This document shows positions 1 to 8,315 of a DNA stretch of 64,000 nt, piece by piece. This DNA comes from Actinomycetota bacterium (lineage in GTDB: Bacteria > Actinomycetota > UBA4738 > HRBIN12), in the NCBI GenBank assembly GCA_005884925.1, contig VAYU01000001.1:20237-84236 (forward strand), read 5' to 3'. A model generated the notes under the pieces. It searched no databases, was not told the origin of the DNA, and was given only the letters and a program-made list of their open reading frames with translations. Position 1 is the stretch's first letter; each line of letters begins with the position of its first letter. The position numbers were made by a program, and so were the translations under genes.

Positions 1-2129
1 GGCTCTGCCTCGGGCGCCTCGACGGTCTTCTTCTTGTCCGCCGACAGCGGCTGCGCCACCTTGCAGTTATCACGGTAGATCGCGACCGCCTTGAGCCCGA
101 GCCGCCAGCTCTCCACGAAGAGCTCCTCGACCTCTTCGACCGTGGCCTCTTCGGGCATGTTCACGGTCTTGGAGATGGCGCCGGAGATGTACGGCTGCGC
201 CGCGGCCATCATCCGCACGTGGCCCATGTAGTGGATGGGCTGCTCCCCCATCGCCGTGTGGAACACCGGGTAGTGCTCGGTCTTGAGATGTGGCGCGTCG
301 GCGACGGAGTTGTGCTCCGCGATGTAAGCCACGATGTCGTCCGTCTGCGCCGCGTCGTACCCCAGCTTCGCGAGCGCGCGCGGGACGGTCTGGTTGACGA
401 ACTGCATCGTGCCGCCGCCGACGAGCTTCTTCGTCTTCACGAGCGCCAGCTCGGGTTCGATGCCGGTGGTGTCGCAGTCCATCATCAGCCCGATCGTGCC
501 GGTCGGAGCCAGCACGCTCGCCTGCGCGTTGCGGTACCCGTGCCGCTCGCCGAGGGCGATCGCCTCGTCCCACGACTGCTTGGCCGCGGAGAGCATCCCC
601 TCGGGCACGAGCTCCGCGTCGATCTGATCCGCCGCCGCGCGGTGCTTGCGCATGACCCGGAGCATCGCGTCGGCGTTGGACGCGTACCCGGCGAAGGGGC
701 CGGTCACCTCCGCGATCCGCGCGCTGGTGCGGTAGGCCCACCCCGTCATGATGGCCGTGATGGCTCCCGCCCAGGCGCGGCCCTGGTCGGAATCGTAAGG
801 GAGCCCGCGGGCCATCAGCAACGCGCCGAGGTTCGCGTAGCCGAGCCCCAGCTGGCGAAAGGCCCGAGCGTTCTCGCCGATCTTGTCGGTCGGATAGTCG
901 GACTCCCCGACCACGATCTCCTGGGCCGTGAAGACGATCTCGGTGGCGTGCCGGAAGCTCCGAACGTCGAAGTTGCCGTCGACGTCGAGGAACTTCATCA
1001 GGTTCAAGCTGGCCAGGTTGCAGGCGCTGTTGTCGAGGTGCATGTACTCGCTGCACGGATTGGAGGCGTTGATCCGGCCGCTCGCCGGGCACGTGTGCCA
1101 CTCGTTGATCGTGGTGTCGTACTGCATCCCGGGGTCCGCGCATTCCCACGCCGCGAGCGCGATGTCGCGCATCAGGTCACGGGCCCGCGTGGTCTCCAAG
1201 GCCTCCCCGGTGGTCACCGCCTTCAGCTTCCAATCGCGGTCCTCCAGGACGGCTTGCATGAACTCATCGGTGACGCGCACGGAGTTGTTGGCGTTCTGGT
1301 ACTGGATGGAGTAGCTGTCGCGGCCGTCCAGGTCCATGTCGAAGCCAGCATCGCGAAGCGCCCGAGCCTTCTTCTCCTCGGTCGCCTTGCACCAGATGAA
1401 GTCGCGAACGTCGGGATGGTCGGCGTCGAGGATGACCATCTTGGCCGCCCGACGCGTCTTGCCGCCCGACTTGATGGTCCCGGCCGAGGCGTCGGCACCC
1501 CGCATGAAGCTGACCGGACCGGAGGCCGTCCCGCCACCCGCGAGGCCCTCCTTCGACGACCGCAGCTTCGTCAGGTTGATGCCGGAGCCCGAGCCGCCCT
1601 TGAAGATGGTCCCCTCTTCCACGTACCAGTTGAGGATCGAGGACATGTGGTCGTCCACCGCGAGGATGAAGCACGCGCTGCACTGCTGCGGCGTGTCGGC
1701 GACGCCGACGTTGAACCACACGGGCGAGTTGAACGCGGCCATCTGGTTCACGAGGAGGTGCGTGAGCTCATCCGCGAAGACCTGTGCGTCGTGCTCGGAG
1801 GCGAAGTACGCGTTCTTGCGACCCCAGCCGGTGATCGTGTCGACCACGCGACCCACGAGCTGCCGTACCGAGGTCTCACGTTGAGGTGTGCCGAGGGTGC
1901 CGCGGAAGTACTTCTGAGCGACGATGTTCGTCGCGTTCTGTGACCACGAGCGGGGGAACTCGACGTCGCGCTGCTCGAAGGCGTTGCCACCCTCCTTGTA
2001 GTTAGGGATCACCGCATCCCTGGTCTCCCATTCGATCCGATCGAACGGATGCGCTCCCTCTTGGGTGAAGAACCGCTTGAAGGTGAGCCCCTCACGGATC
2101 ACCTCGACGTCTCCCTCGCGAGTCGCCAC
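1..2129 (-). CDS. nrdJ: Adenosylcobalamin-dependent (class II) ribonucleoside-diphosphate reductase NrdJ. Partial: the C-terminal part runs off the window start
   Basis: Not in the ORF table, which omits edge-truncated ORFs. My own reverse-complement translation from the GTG at 2129 gives VATREGDVEVIREGLTFKRFF...SPVWFNVG...CSACFILAVDD...GSGSGINLTKLRSSKEGLAGGG, a typical class II RNR N-terminus and active site. A GGAAGGAGGG ribosome-binding site lies 5 nt upstream. It sits directly downstream of nrdR, as in actinobacteria. Confidence 0.85.
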   Translation of the reverse strand, partial: MATREGDVEVIREGLTFKRFFTQEGAHPFDRIEWETRDAVIPNYKEGGNAFEQRDVEFPRSWSQNATNIVAQKYFRGTLGTPQRETSVRQLVGRVVDTITGWGRKNAYFASEHDAQVFADELTHLLVNQMAAFNSPVWFNVGVADTPQQCSACFILAVDDHMSSILNWYVEEGTIFKGGSGSGINLTKLRSSKEGLAGGGTASGPVSFMRGADASAGTIKSGGKTRRAAKMVILDADHPDVRDFIWCKATEEKKARALRDAGFDMDLDGRDSYSIQYQNANNSVRVTDEFMQAVLEDRDWKLKAVTTGEALETTRARDLMRDIALAAWECADPGMQYDTTINEWHTCPASGRINASNPCSEYMHLDNSACNLASLNLMKFLDVDGNFDVRSFRHATEIVFTAQEIVVGESDYPTDKIGENARAFRQLGLGYANLGALLMARGLPYDSDQGRAWAGAITAIMTGWAYRTSARIAEVTGPFAGYASNADAMLRVMRKHRAAADQIDAELVPEGMLSAAKQSWDEAIALGERHGYRNAQASVLAPTGTIGLMMDCDTTGIEPELALVKTKKLVGGGTMQFVNQTVPRALAKLGYDAAQTDDIVAYIAEHNSVADAPHLKTEHYPVFHTAMGEQPIHYMGHVRMMAAAQPYISGAISKTVNMPEEATVEEVEELFVESWRLGLKAVAIYRDNCKVAQPLSADKKKTVEAPEAE

Positions 2130-2139
2130 GTGTTCCCTC

Positions 2140-2172
2140 CTTCCACCGCGGATGAACCCTCAACGGTGTAGT
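2140..2172 (-). promoter_or_regulatory. Conserved motif, copy A (GTTACA-N2-CCTGTCATTCG-N1-GTCTG on the plus strand), in the nrdJ 5' region. It contains the near-palindrome ACAGgtCTGT
   Basis: Almost identical to a second copy at 14941-14970 upstream of recA; seen directly in the sequence. Confidence 0.4.
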
Positions 2173-2256
2173 TACAGACCTGTCATTCGCGTCTGGGCAT
2201 CATGGACCCGACTGCAGCCGACGTCAAGGGGTAGTGGACAGAATCCTTGACGACCG

Positions 2257-2272
2257 CTACATCTAGTATCTC
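2257..2272 (-). promoter_or_regulatory. Putative NrdR box in the nrdR-nrdJ intergenic region (gCTACATCTAGTATCt). A GTAGTGG half-site also lies at about 2232-2238
   Basis: Shares the CTACATCT core with the better box at 2812-2827. NrdR boxes are 16-bp AT-rich palindromes of consensus acaCwAtATaTwGtgt. Confidence 0.35.
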
Positions 2273-2325
2273 GCGGCGATCCCGATCCGACCAACGAACC
2301 GCCCCGGAGGGCCCGTCGGAGGTCC

Positions 2326-2802
2326 CTAGCGGGTCCGCTTCCTGGCCGGCTCCTTCTTCTCGAGCAGCATCCCGAGCTCCCGCTCGAAGTCTGCGGTCCC
2401 CTGGAAGTCCTTGTACACGCTTGCGTACCGGAGGTAGGCCACCTCGTCGACCTTCTGGAGCATGGCGAGGACCTCCCCGCCGACCTGTCGCGATGTCACG
2501 TCGGGTCCCTTGCGGCGCACCCGCGTCTCGATCCGGCCGACCATCTGCTCGATCTGCAACGGCGAGGTCGGTCGACCGGCGAAGGCCTTGCGGATCCCCG
2601 CAGCGAGCTTCTCCCGGTCGAAGGGCTCCGAGCTCCCGTCGCGTTTCGCGACGACCAACCCGACCTCCTCGATCCGCTCGAAGGTCGTGAACCTGCGTCC
2701 GCAGGCGGCGCACTCGCGGCGCCGGCGGATCGACCCGCCGTCGTCGGCCGGACGAGAGTCGACCACGCGGTCGTCGTCGGCCTGGCACCAGGGGCAGCGC
2801 AT
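2326..2802 (-). CDS. nrdR: Transcriptional repressor NrdR
   Basis: ORF 2326..2928 (-); the true start is the internal MRCPWCQADDDRVVDSRP... with the zinc-ribbon CxxC...CxxC and ATP-cone, 158 aa. Same synteny as M. tuberculosis Rv2718c. Confidence 0.9.
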   Translation of the reverse strand: MRCPWCQADDDRVVDSRPADDGGSIRRRRECAACGRRFTTFERIEEVGLVVAKRDGSSEPFDREKLAAGIRKAFAGRPTSPLQIEQMVGRIETRVRRKGPDVTSRQVGGEVLAMLQKVDEVAYLRYASVYKDFQGTADFERELGMLLEKKEPARKRTR

Positions 2803-2811
2803 GGGGATGGG

Positions 2812-2827
2812 CCACAAGATGTAGTGG
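2812..2827 (-). promoter_or_regulatory. Putative NrdR box CCACAAGATGTAGTGG, 10-25 nt upstream of the nrdR start
   Basis: Near-perfect 16-bp palindrome with CAC/GTG arms and an AT-rich centre, matching the NrdR box consensus. Confidence 0.45.
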
Positions 2828-2860
2828 CGGCGCGAACCGTACCCGCAGCATGGTGGAGCG

Positions 2861-3205
2861 TCAACCGCCAGCCGGGACCACGAGGACCTGCCCCGGAACG
2901 AGCGTCCCGGCATCGACCTGATTCGCATCGACGATCGCCTGGACGATCCTTCGGGGGTCGTTCCCGGGAGCGTGCCGGAGGGCGATGCTCCACAACGTGT
3001 CCCCGGGCTGGACGACGTACCGATCCGCGGCGCCCGTCCCGCGAGATGGACGACCGGTCACCGGGGCGGAGACGGCCGGCGCGGAGACCGAGAGCGCGAG
3101 GACCAACAGCCCACCCGCGCCGAGACGTCGGCGGCGTACACGCGTCCGGTTCACGACCTGACCTTGCCCGAACGTCTGTTCGGTGTCAAGGGCAGAATCG
3201 AACAT
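2861..3205 (-). CDS. LysM-domain membrane protein, ChiZ-like (M. tuberculosis Rv2719c-type DNA-damage-inducible cell-wall hydrolase and division inhibitor)
   Basis: ORF 2861..3310 (-); the likely start is [10 protein letters not shown] at 3205. It has an Arg-rich N-terminus, a TM segment ([20 protein letters not shown]) and a C-terminal LysM ([13 protein letters not shown]...IVDANQV). It is divergent from lexA with the SOS boxes in between, exactly the nrdR-chiZ-lexA arrangement of mycobacteria. Confidence 0.7.
   Translation of the reverse strand: MFDSALDTEQTFGQGQVVNRTRVRRRRLGAGGLLVLALSVSAPAVSAPVTGRPSRGTGAADRYVVQPGDTLWSIALRHAPGNDPRRIVQAIVDANQVDAGTLVPGQVLVVPAGG
3169..3182. promoter_or_regulatory. 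LexA (SOS) box CGAACGTCTGTTCG
   Basis: Perfect GAAC-N4-GTTC Gram-positive/mycobacterial SOS palindrome in the lexA/chiZ-like divergent region. Confidence 0.7.
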
Positions 3206-3212
3206 ATGTTTG
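3199..3212. promoter_or_regulatory. Second LexA-box-like site CGAACATATGTTTG
   Basis: GAAC-N4-GTTt. It overlaps the start codon of the ChiZ-like gene, about 55 nt upstream of the lexA GTG. Confidence 0.5.
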
Positions 3213-3266
3213 CGTCCCTCTGACCTCGGTGATACCGTCCTGGTCACGAAGAGGAGGGTAGCCACG

Positions 3267-3846
3267 GTGTCTGACATCACTCCCCGGCAGCAGCGGATCG
3301 TGGACTTCATCGCCGAGACCGTGCGCGAGCGCGGCTATCCACCCACCGTTCGCGAGATCGGGGAGGCCGTGGGTCTGACCTCGTCGTCGTCGGTCCACGC
3401 CCAGCTCGCCAACCTCGAACGCGCCGGATTGCTGAAGAAGCGCCGCGGATGCTCGGGTCGAGGCAACGGTCGTGCCCGTGCTCGGCCGCATCGCGGCCGG
3501 CCAGCCCACCCTCGCGAGCGAACATGTCGAGGATTACCTCTCGGTGCCCGCGGAGTTCGTGCGCGGCGGCGATCACTTCGCATTGCGCGTGAGCGGGACG
3601 TCCATGATCGGTGCCGGGATCCTCGACGGAGACGTCGTGGTCGTTCAGAGCCAGGGCTCGGCGAGCGACGGCGACATCGTGGCGGCGCTCCTTCCCGGCC
3701 CCGCCGAGGACGAGGCGACCGTGAAGCGGCTCGGGCACGATGGACCCCGGGTGATGCTGATCCCCGAGAATCTCTCGCTCGAGCCCTTCGAGATGAGCGA
3801 CGGAACGATCTTGGGCAAGGTCGTCGCCGTTCTCAGGCGCCTCTGA
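3267..3846 (+). pseudogene. lexA: LexA repressor, reading frame interrupted by an apparent +1 frameshift near 3440-3450 (authentic pseudogene or sequencing indel)
   Basis: The N-terminal wHTH domain ([60 protein letters not shown]) is in the frame of ORF 3183..4130. The S24 peptidase domain ([12 protein letters not shown]...[17 protein letters not shown]...[10 protein letters not shown]) is in the +1 frame (ORF 3472..3846). The likely true start is the GTG at 3267, preceded by GAGGAGG. Confidence 0.85.
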
Positions 3847-3889
3847 AGTCCGCTAGGCTCCCCGCACTGGATCCCGAGGAGTCTCCCCG

Positions 3890-4906
3890 ATGTCGCGATA
3901 CGCCACGGAGCTCGAACACCAGATCCGCTCGCAGCCCGAACAGCTCGAGCACGTCCTCACGTCCGGCTCCGTCAAGGCGCAGGTCCATGCCGCGGCCGAG
4001 GCCCTCCACCGCGTCCGGCGGATCTGGGTGGTCGGGACCGGCACTAGCCAGCACGCCGCCAACTTGGGGGCGGCGATGCTCCAAGACGCGGGGCGCTCGG
4101 CCCACTCCGTGTCCTCGATGCAGTTCGTGAAGAACGCGCCGATCGTCGGCCCGCAGGACGGGGTCGTGGTCATCACGCACACGGGCGAAACGGCGTACGC
4201 GCTCGCAGCACGCGCGCTCGCCTTCTCGGCGGGACTGCAGACCGTGACGATCTGCCGCGAAGGCTCGGCGTTCAATGACGCGATCCAAACGGTGCCGAAG
4301 GAAACCTCCGAGACCTACACCGTCAGCTACACGACGGCGCTGCTCGCACTCGGCATGCTCGCCTCGGCGATGGGCGCCGACACGATCACGGCCGACAAGC
4401 TCGCGCTCGTCCCCGGCAGCGTCCGGAACGCGATCGAGTCCAACGGAACGGAGTCGGTTCCGCTTCCCGGTCGGATCCTCTCGATCGTCGGGGCGGGGCA
4501 CACCTCGGTCACCGCGCGCGAGGGGGCGCTCAAGGTGCGCGAGGCGGCTCGGGTCCTGGCCGAGGGCTACGACGCGGAATTCTTCCTCCACGGGACGGCG
4601 GTTCCGCTGACCCGGCAGGACCATATCCTTGCCTTGACGACCCCCGACGACGACGGTCTGGTCGAGGGCGTCGCTCGAGCCGCGGAGGCCGAGGGTATCG
4701 GCGTGAGCCGGCTGCCGGAGCCTTCACCGCTCCCCGGGATCCTCGCGCAGATCCCGCTCGTCGCCCGGCTGCATCTCCTGGCGCTCCGCCTCGCGACCCA
4801 GCGCGGGCAGGACCCCGACAAGGTGATCACCGGTCATTGGGACGATCCCGTGCTCTGGTCGATCGGCTCCCCCATGTCGGACCGGCCCCCCGCCAGCGCA
4901 ACGTAG
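3890..4906 (+). CDS. SIS-domain sugar isomerase/deaminase family protein (AgaS/GlmS C-terminal-domain-like)
   Basis: ORF of 338 aa with [11 protein letters not shown] and other tandem SIS motifs. Its 3' end overlaps the convergent hflX by about 73 nt. Confidence 0.65.
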   Translation: MSRYATELEHQIRSQPEQLEHVLTSGSVKAQVHAAAEALHRVRRIWVVGTGTSQHAANLGAAMLQDAGRSAHSVSSMQFVKNAPIVGPQDGVVVITHTGETAYALAARALAFSAGLQTVTICREGSAFNDAIQTVPKETSETYTVSYTTALLALGMLASAMGADTITADKLALVPGSVRNAIESNGTESVPLPGRILSIVGAGHTSVTAREGALKVREAARVLAEGYDAEFFLHGTAVPLTRQDHILALTTPDDDGLVEGVARAAEAEGIGVSRLPEPSPLPGILAQIPLVARLHLLALRLATQRGQDPDKVITGHWDDPVLWSIGSPMSDRPPASAT

Positions 4907-6204
4907 GCGCGGATCGCGGCCAGCTCGCGGAGTCCCACGCGGGCCCGCACGCGCGTGCCGTCCGGCTCGGCCTCGGCTTTCAGGACCTCCGCCTCGTCGT
5001 ACAGCATCGCGACCAGGTCTCCCCTCGGCCACGGGATCAGCACCTCGACCTCCACCGGGGGATCGGGCGTCGCCGTGCCGACCGCCTCGAGCAGTCCCTC
5101 CACGCCCTCGCCGGTGATGGCCGAGACCGACACGGTTCCCGGGAACCGGGTCGCGAGACGCGCTCGCTCGCTCCCCCGCAGGCGGTCGATCTTGTTGAGC
5201 GCCACGACCTCGGGCATGTTGGCCGCCCCGATCTCTTCCAACACCCGCCGGACCGCCTCGATCTGCCGCTCCAGCTCCGGCGAAGAACCGTCCGCGACGT
5301 GCAGGATCAGGTCCGAGAGGGTGACCTCTTCGAGCGTCGACCGGAACGCCTCGACCAGGTCGTGCGGCAGCTTCGAGACGAAGCCGACCGTGTCGCTGAT
5401 CGTCGCGTGACGGCCCCCGGGGAGGTCGATCCGACGGGTGGTCGGATCGAGCGTCGCGAAGAGCTGGTCGGCCACGATCACGTCGGCGCCGGTGAGTCGG
5501 CGCATCAGCGTCGACTTCCCGGCGTTCGTGTACCCCACGATCGCGATCTGCGGGAGGTTCGACTTCTGCCGGCGGGCCCGCTTGACGTCGCGCTCCTTGC
5601 GCAGGTCCTTCACGTCTCGGCGCAGCTTCGTGATCCGGCGACGGATGTGCTGGCGGTCGACCTCCAGCTTCGTCTCCCCCGGGCCTCGCGTCCCGATGCC
5701 GCCTCCGAGCCGGCTCATCGCCTCGCCCCAGCCCCGGAGCCGAGGGAGCAGGTAGTTGAGTTGGGCCAGCTCGACCTGCGCCTTCCCCTCCTTCGAGTTC
5801 GCGTGCAGGGCGAAGATGTCCAGGATCAGGGCGGTGCGGTCGACGACCTTGACCTTGAGCCGCGCCTCGAGGGAGCGCAGGGTGCCGGGGCCGAGCTCGT
5901 CATCGAAGATGACGAGCTCGGCCCCGGCCGCGTGGAGCAGACCGTGCAGGTCCTCGACCTTGCCCTTCCCGATCCAGTACTGGGGATCGGGCGCCGAACG
6001 GCTCTGGACCAGGCGCCCGATCGGCTCCGCGCCTGCCGAGTCGGCGAGGGCCGCCAGCTCGTCGAGGTCCCCTTCGTGGATCCCGGGTCCGACCCCGACG
6101 AGGACGGCGCGCTCGTGGGCGACAGAACGCCACGTCGCCGCGATCGGCGACTCGAGCATCCGGTCGGCCGGTCGCACCGGAGGTGTGGTTCCTGCGTCCG
6201 GCAT
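4834..6204 (-). CDS. hflX: GTPase HflX
   Basis: ORF 4834..6609 (-); N-terminal HflX domain, then G-domain motifs (GYTNAGKST, DTVGF, NKID). The start is the MPDAG ATG at 6204, overlapping the dapD stop (TGATG). Confidence 0.85.
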   Translation of the reverse strand: MPDAGTTPPVRPADRMLESPIAATWRSVAHERAVLVGVGPGIHEGDLDELAALADSAGAEPIGRLVQSRSAPDPQYWIGKGKVEDLHGLLHAAGAELVIFDDELGPGTLRSLEARLKVKVVDRTALILDIFALHANSKEGKAQVELAQLNYLLPRLRGWGEAMSRLGGGIGTRGPGETKLEVDRQHIRRRITKLRRDVKDLRKERDVKRARRQKSNLPQIAIVGYTNAGKSTLMRRLTGADVIVADQLFATLDPTTRRIDLPGGRHATISDTVGFVSKLPHDLVEAFRSTLEEVTLSDLILHVADGSSPELERQIEAVRRVLEEIGAANMPEVVALNKIDRLRGSERARLATRFPGTVSVSAITGEGVEGLLEAVGTATPDPPVEVEVLIPWPRGDLVAMLYDEAEVLKAEAEPDGTRVRARVGLRELAAIRAYVALAGGRSDMGEPIDQSTGSSQ

Positions 6205-7043
6205 CAGCTCATCGACGATCCCGCGTCGCGGAGCAGGTCGTTGAGACGGATCTTGTCGTCGGTCGCGTCGCTGCGGTCCCCGATCACGAGACCGCACGGC
6301 ATCGCGTACTCCCCGGCCGGGAACGAACGGGGACGGGTCCCTGGGACGACGATCGCACCGTCGGGGACGCGAGCGCGATGCTCCACCGGTTCCGGTCCGC
6401 GCGGATCGATCACCGGCGTGTTGCCGGTGAGCACTACGCCCGCTCCCAGGACCGCACCTCGCCCGATGTGCACGCCCTCGACCACGATGCACCGGGAGCC
6501 GATGAAAGCGTCGTCCTCGATCACGACCGGGACCGCCTGGAGCGGCTCGAGGATCCCGCCGATCCCGACGCCTCCGGACAGGTGGACGTTCGCACCGATC
6601 TGCGCGCACGACCCGACCGTCGCCCAGGTGTCGACCATCGTTCCCGCGCCCACGTACGCGCCGATGTTCACATAGCTCGGCATCAGCACGACGCCGGGCT
6701 CCAGGTGCGCGCCGAAACGAACCGTCGCCGGGGGGACGACCCGGACACCCTGAGCCTCGTAGCCGTGCTTCAGGGGGAGCTTGTCGTGGTACTCGAACGG
6801 CCCCACCTCGGACGTCTGGAGCCCGCGGACACGGAAGTACAGGAGGACCGCCTGTTTCGCCCAGGCGTTCACGCGCCAGGAGCCGTCCTGCGCCCCATCG
6901 GGCTCAGCGACCCGGACGGACCCCCGGTCGAGGAGCTCGATCGTTGCCTCAACCGCTGCCGCATCGATCGGAGCGGACGGGTCCTCGGAGACCTCGGCCC
7001 AGCTCCGCTCGATCCGCTCCTCGAGCTCCAGCACGTCGCTCAC
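6204..7043 (-). CDS. dapD: 2,3,4,5-tetrahydropyridine-2,6-dicarboxylate N-succinyltransferase DapD (E. coli type)
   Basis: VSDVLELEERIERSWAEV...WAKQAVLLYFRV...MPSYVNIGAYVGAGTMVDTWATVGSCAQIG with hexapeptide repeats. The GTG start overlaps the dapC stop (GTGA). Confidence 0.85.
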   Translation of the reverse strand: MSDVLELEERIERSWAEVSEDPSAPIDAAAVEATIELLDRGSVRVAEPDGAQDGSWRVNAWAKQAVLLYFRVRGLQTSEVGPFEYHDKLPLKHGYEAQGVRVVPPATVRFGAHLEPGVVLMPSYVNIGAYVGAGTMVDTWATVGSCAQIGANVHLSGGVGIGGILEPLQAVPVVIEDDAFIGSRCIVVEGVHIGRGAVLGAGVVLTGNTPVIDPRGPEPVEHRARVPDGAIVVPGTRPRSFPAGEYAMPCGLVIGDRSDATDDKIRLNDLLRDAGSSMS

Positions 7044-8218
7044 GTACGGACCTCGGCGAGGAGTTCGTCGAGCGTCGACGCGGCTCTCGCGCAGGCCTCC
7101 ATCGACGGCACCATCGCCATCCGGACGAACCCCTCCCCTTCGGGTCCGAAGAACGACCCAGGGGCGACGACGATGCCGCCACTGTTCAACAGATGCAGCG
7201 CCCACTCCAAGGAGGTCTCATCGGTGGGAACACGCACCCAGAGGTAGAACGTGGCCACGCTCCCCTCGACGTGGACCCCGTGCCGCTCGAACACGTCGAG
7301 AAGGAGGTCTCGCTTCCGTCGGTACCGCTCGCGGTTCTCCTCGACATGGACCTCGTCGCGCCACGCCGCGGCCGATGCCCGTTGGATGAACTCCTGCGGC
7401 GTGACGCCGGTCGCCGGGCGCAGCCGCTTGAGGTCCGTGATCAGACCGACGTCGCCCGCGACGAACCCGCTCCGGTATCCCGTCATCGACGAGCGCTTCG
7501 ACAAGGTGTTGATCGCGAGCACGTTCGTCCGATCCGGCAGCTGGAGCACACCGGGCGGAGGCTCCTCCCCGAACCACAGCTCGGAGTACGCCTCATCCGA
7601 GGCGAGCAGCACGTCATGCGTGCGACATCGCTGGGCGGCCTCCTCGAGGAACCCGAGCGGCGCGATCGCCCCGGTGGGGTTGTTGGGATAGTTGATCCAC
7701 AGGATCGCGGCGCGCGACCAGACCTCGCCGGGAACCCGGTCGAGTTCGGGAAGGAACCCTCGCTGCGCCACCAGCGGCGATCGGACGACGTCGCCGCCGA
7801 TGAAGTGAGCTCCTCGTTCGGGGATCGGGTAGCCGGGGGTCGTTGTGATCACCAGATCCTTGCCCCGTGCCGGGTCCAGCACGAGCTGTGCCAGCGAGAA
7901 CACGATCTCCTTCGATCCGAGCATCGGCAGGATCTCCGTGTCGGGGTCCGCCGTCGCCCCGAACCGTCGCTCGATCCATGCCGCGATGGCTTCGCGGAGC
8001 TCCGGGAGGCCGGCGGCGCGCGGGTAGCTCGACACCGGCTCGAGCGCGTCGATGAGGGCCTCTCGGATGAACCCGGGCGTCTCCTCGCGCGGGTCCCCGA
8101 CCCCGAAGTCGATCAGCTCGCGGCCGTCCGCCGCGGCCTTCGCGGCGCGTCGATCGAGCTCCTCGAAGGGGTACGGCGCAACGCCCCGGATCCCGGGTGA
8201 GCGCTGGATGCCCGTCAT
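7040..8218 (-). CDS. dapC: PLP-dependent class I aminotransferase, probably N-succinyldiaminopimelate aminotransferase DapC
   Basis: ORF 7040..8341 (-); start at MTGIQRSPGIRGVAPYPFE (8218). Aminotransferase motifs are present (IDFGVGDP, NPTG, SKRSSMTGYRSG). It is translationally coupled to dapD. Confidence 0.65.
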   Translation of the reverse strand: MTGIQRSPGIRGVAPYPFEELDRRAAKAAADGRELIDFGVGDPREETPGFIREALIDALEPVSSYPRAAGLPELREAIAAWIERRFGATADPDTEILPMLGSKEIVFSLAQLVLDPARGKDLVITTTPGYPIPERGAHFIGGDVVRSPLVAQRGFLPELDRVPGEVWSRAAILWINYPNNPTGAIAPLGFLEEAAQRCRTHDVLLASDEAYSELWFGEEPPPGVLQLPDRTNVLAINTLSKRSSMTGYRSGFVAGDVGLITDLKRLRPATGVTPQEFIQRASAAAWRDEVHVEENRERYRRKRDLLLDVFERHGVHVEGSVATFYLWVRVPTDETSLEWALHLLNSGGIVVAPGSFFGPEGEGFVRMAMVPSMEACARAASTLDELLAEVRT

Positions 8219-8315
8219 CTCCCTCGTCTCGTCGGTTCGATCGTCTGAGCGTACCGCGAGGCACCGGGGCGAGACCGAGCGCCGGACGGTGGGCGGGTCG
8301 ATCGCTCCGCAAAGC

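Noticed and set aside
219-1943. 574-aa plus-strand ORF, together with ORF 70..1149 (-) and other long ORFs over the nrdJ region
   Set aside because: They are Arg/Gly/Asp-rich translations antisense to or out of frame with nrdJ, with no recognisable domains. The real gene is the unlisted minus-strand frame ending at the GTG at 2129.
2200-2260. TTGACG hexamer as a sigma-70 -35 element for nrdJ
   Set aside because: There is no acceptable -10 hexamer at 16-18 nt spacing on the transcribed strand. The promoter assignment would be speculative.
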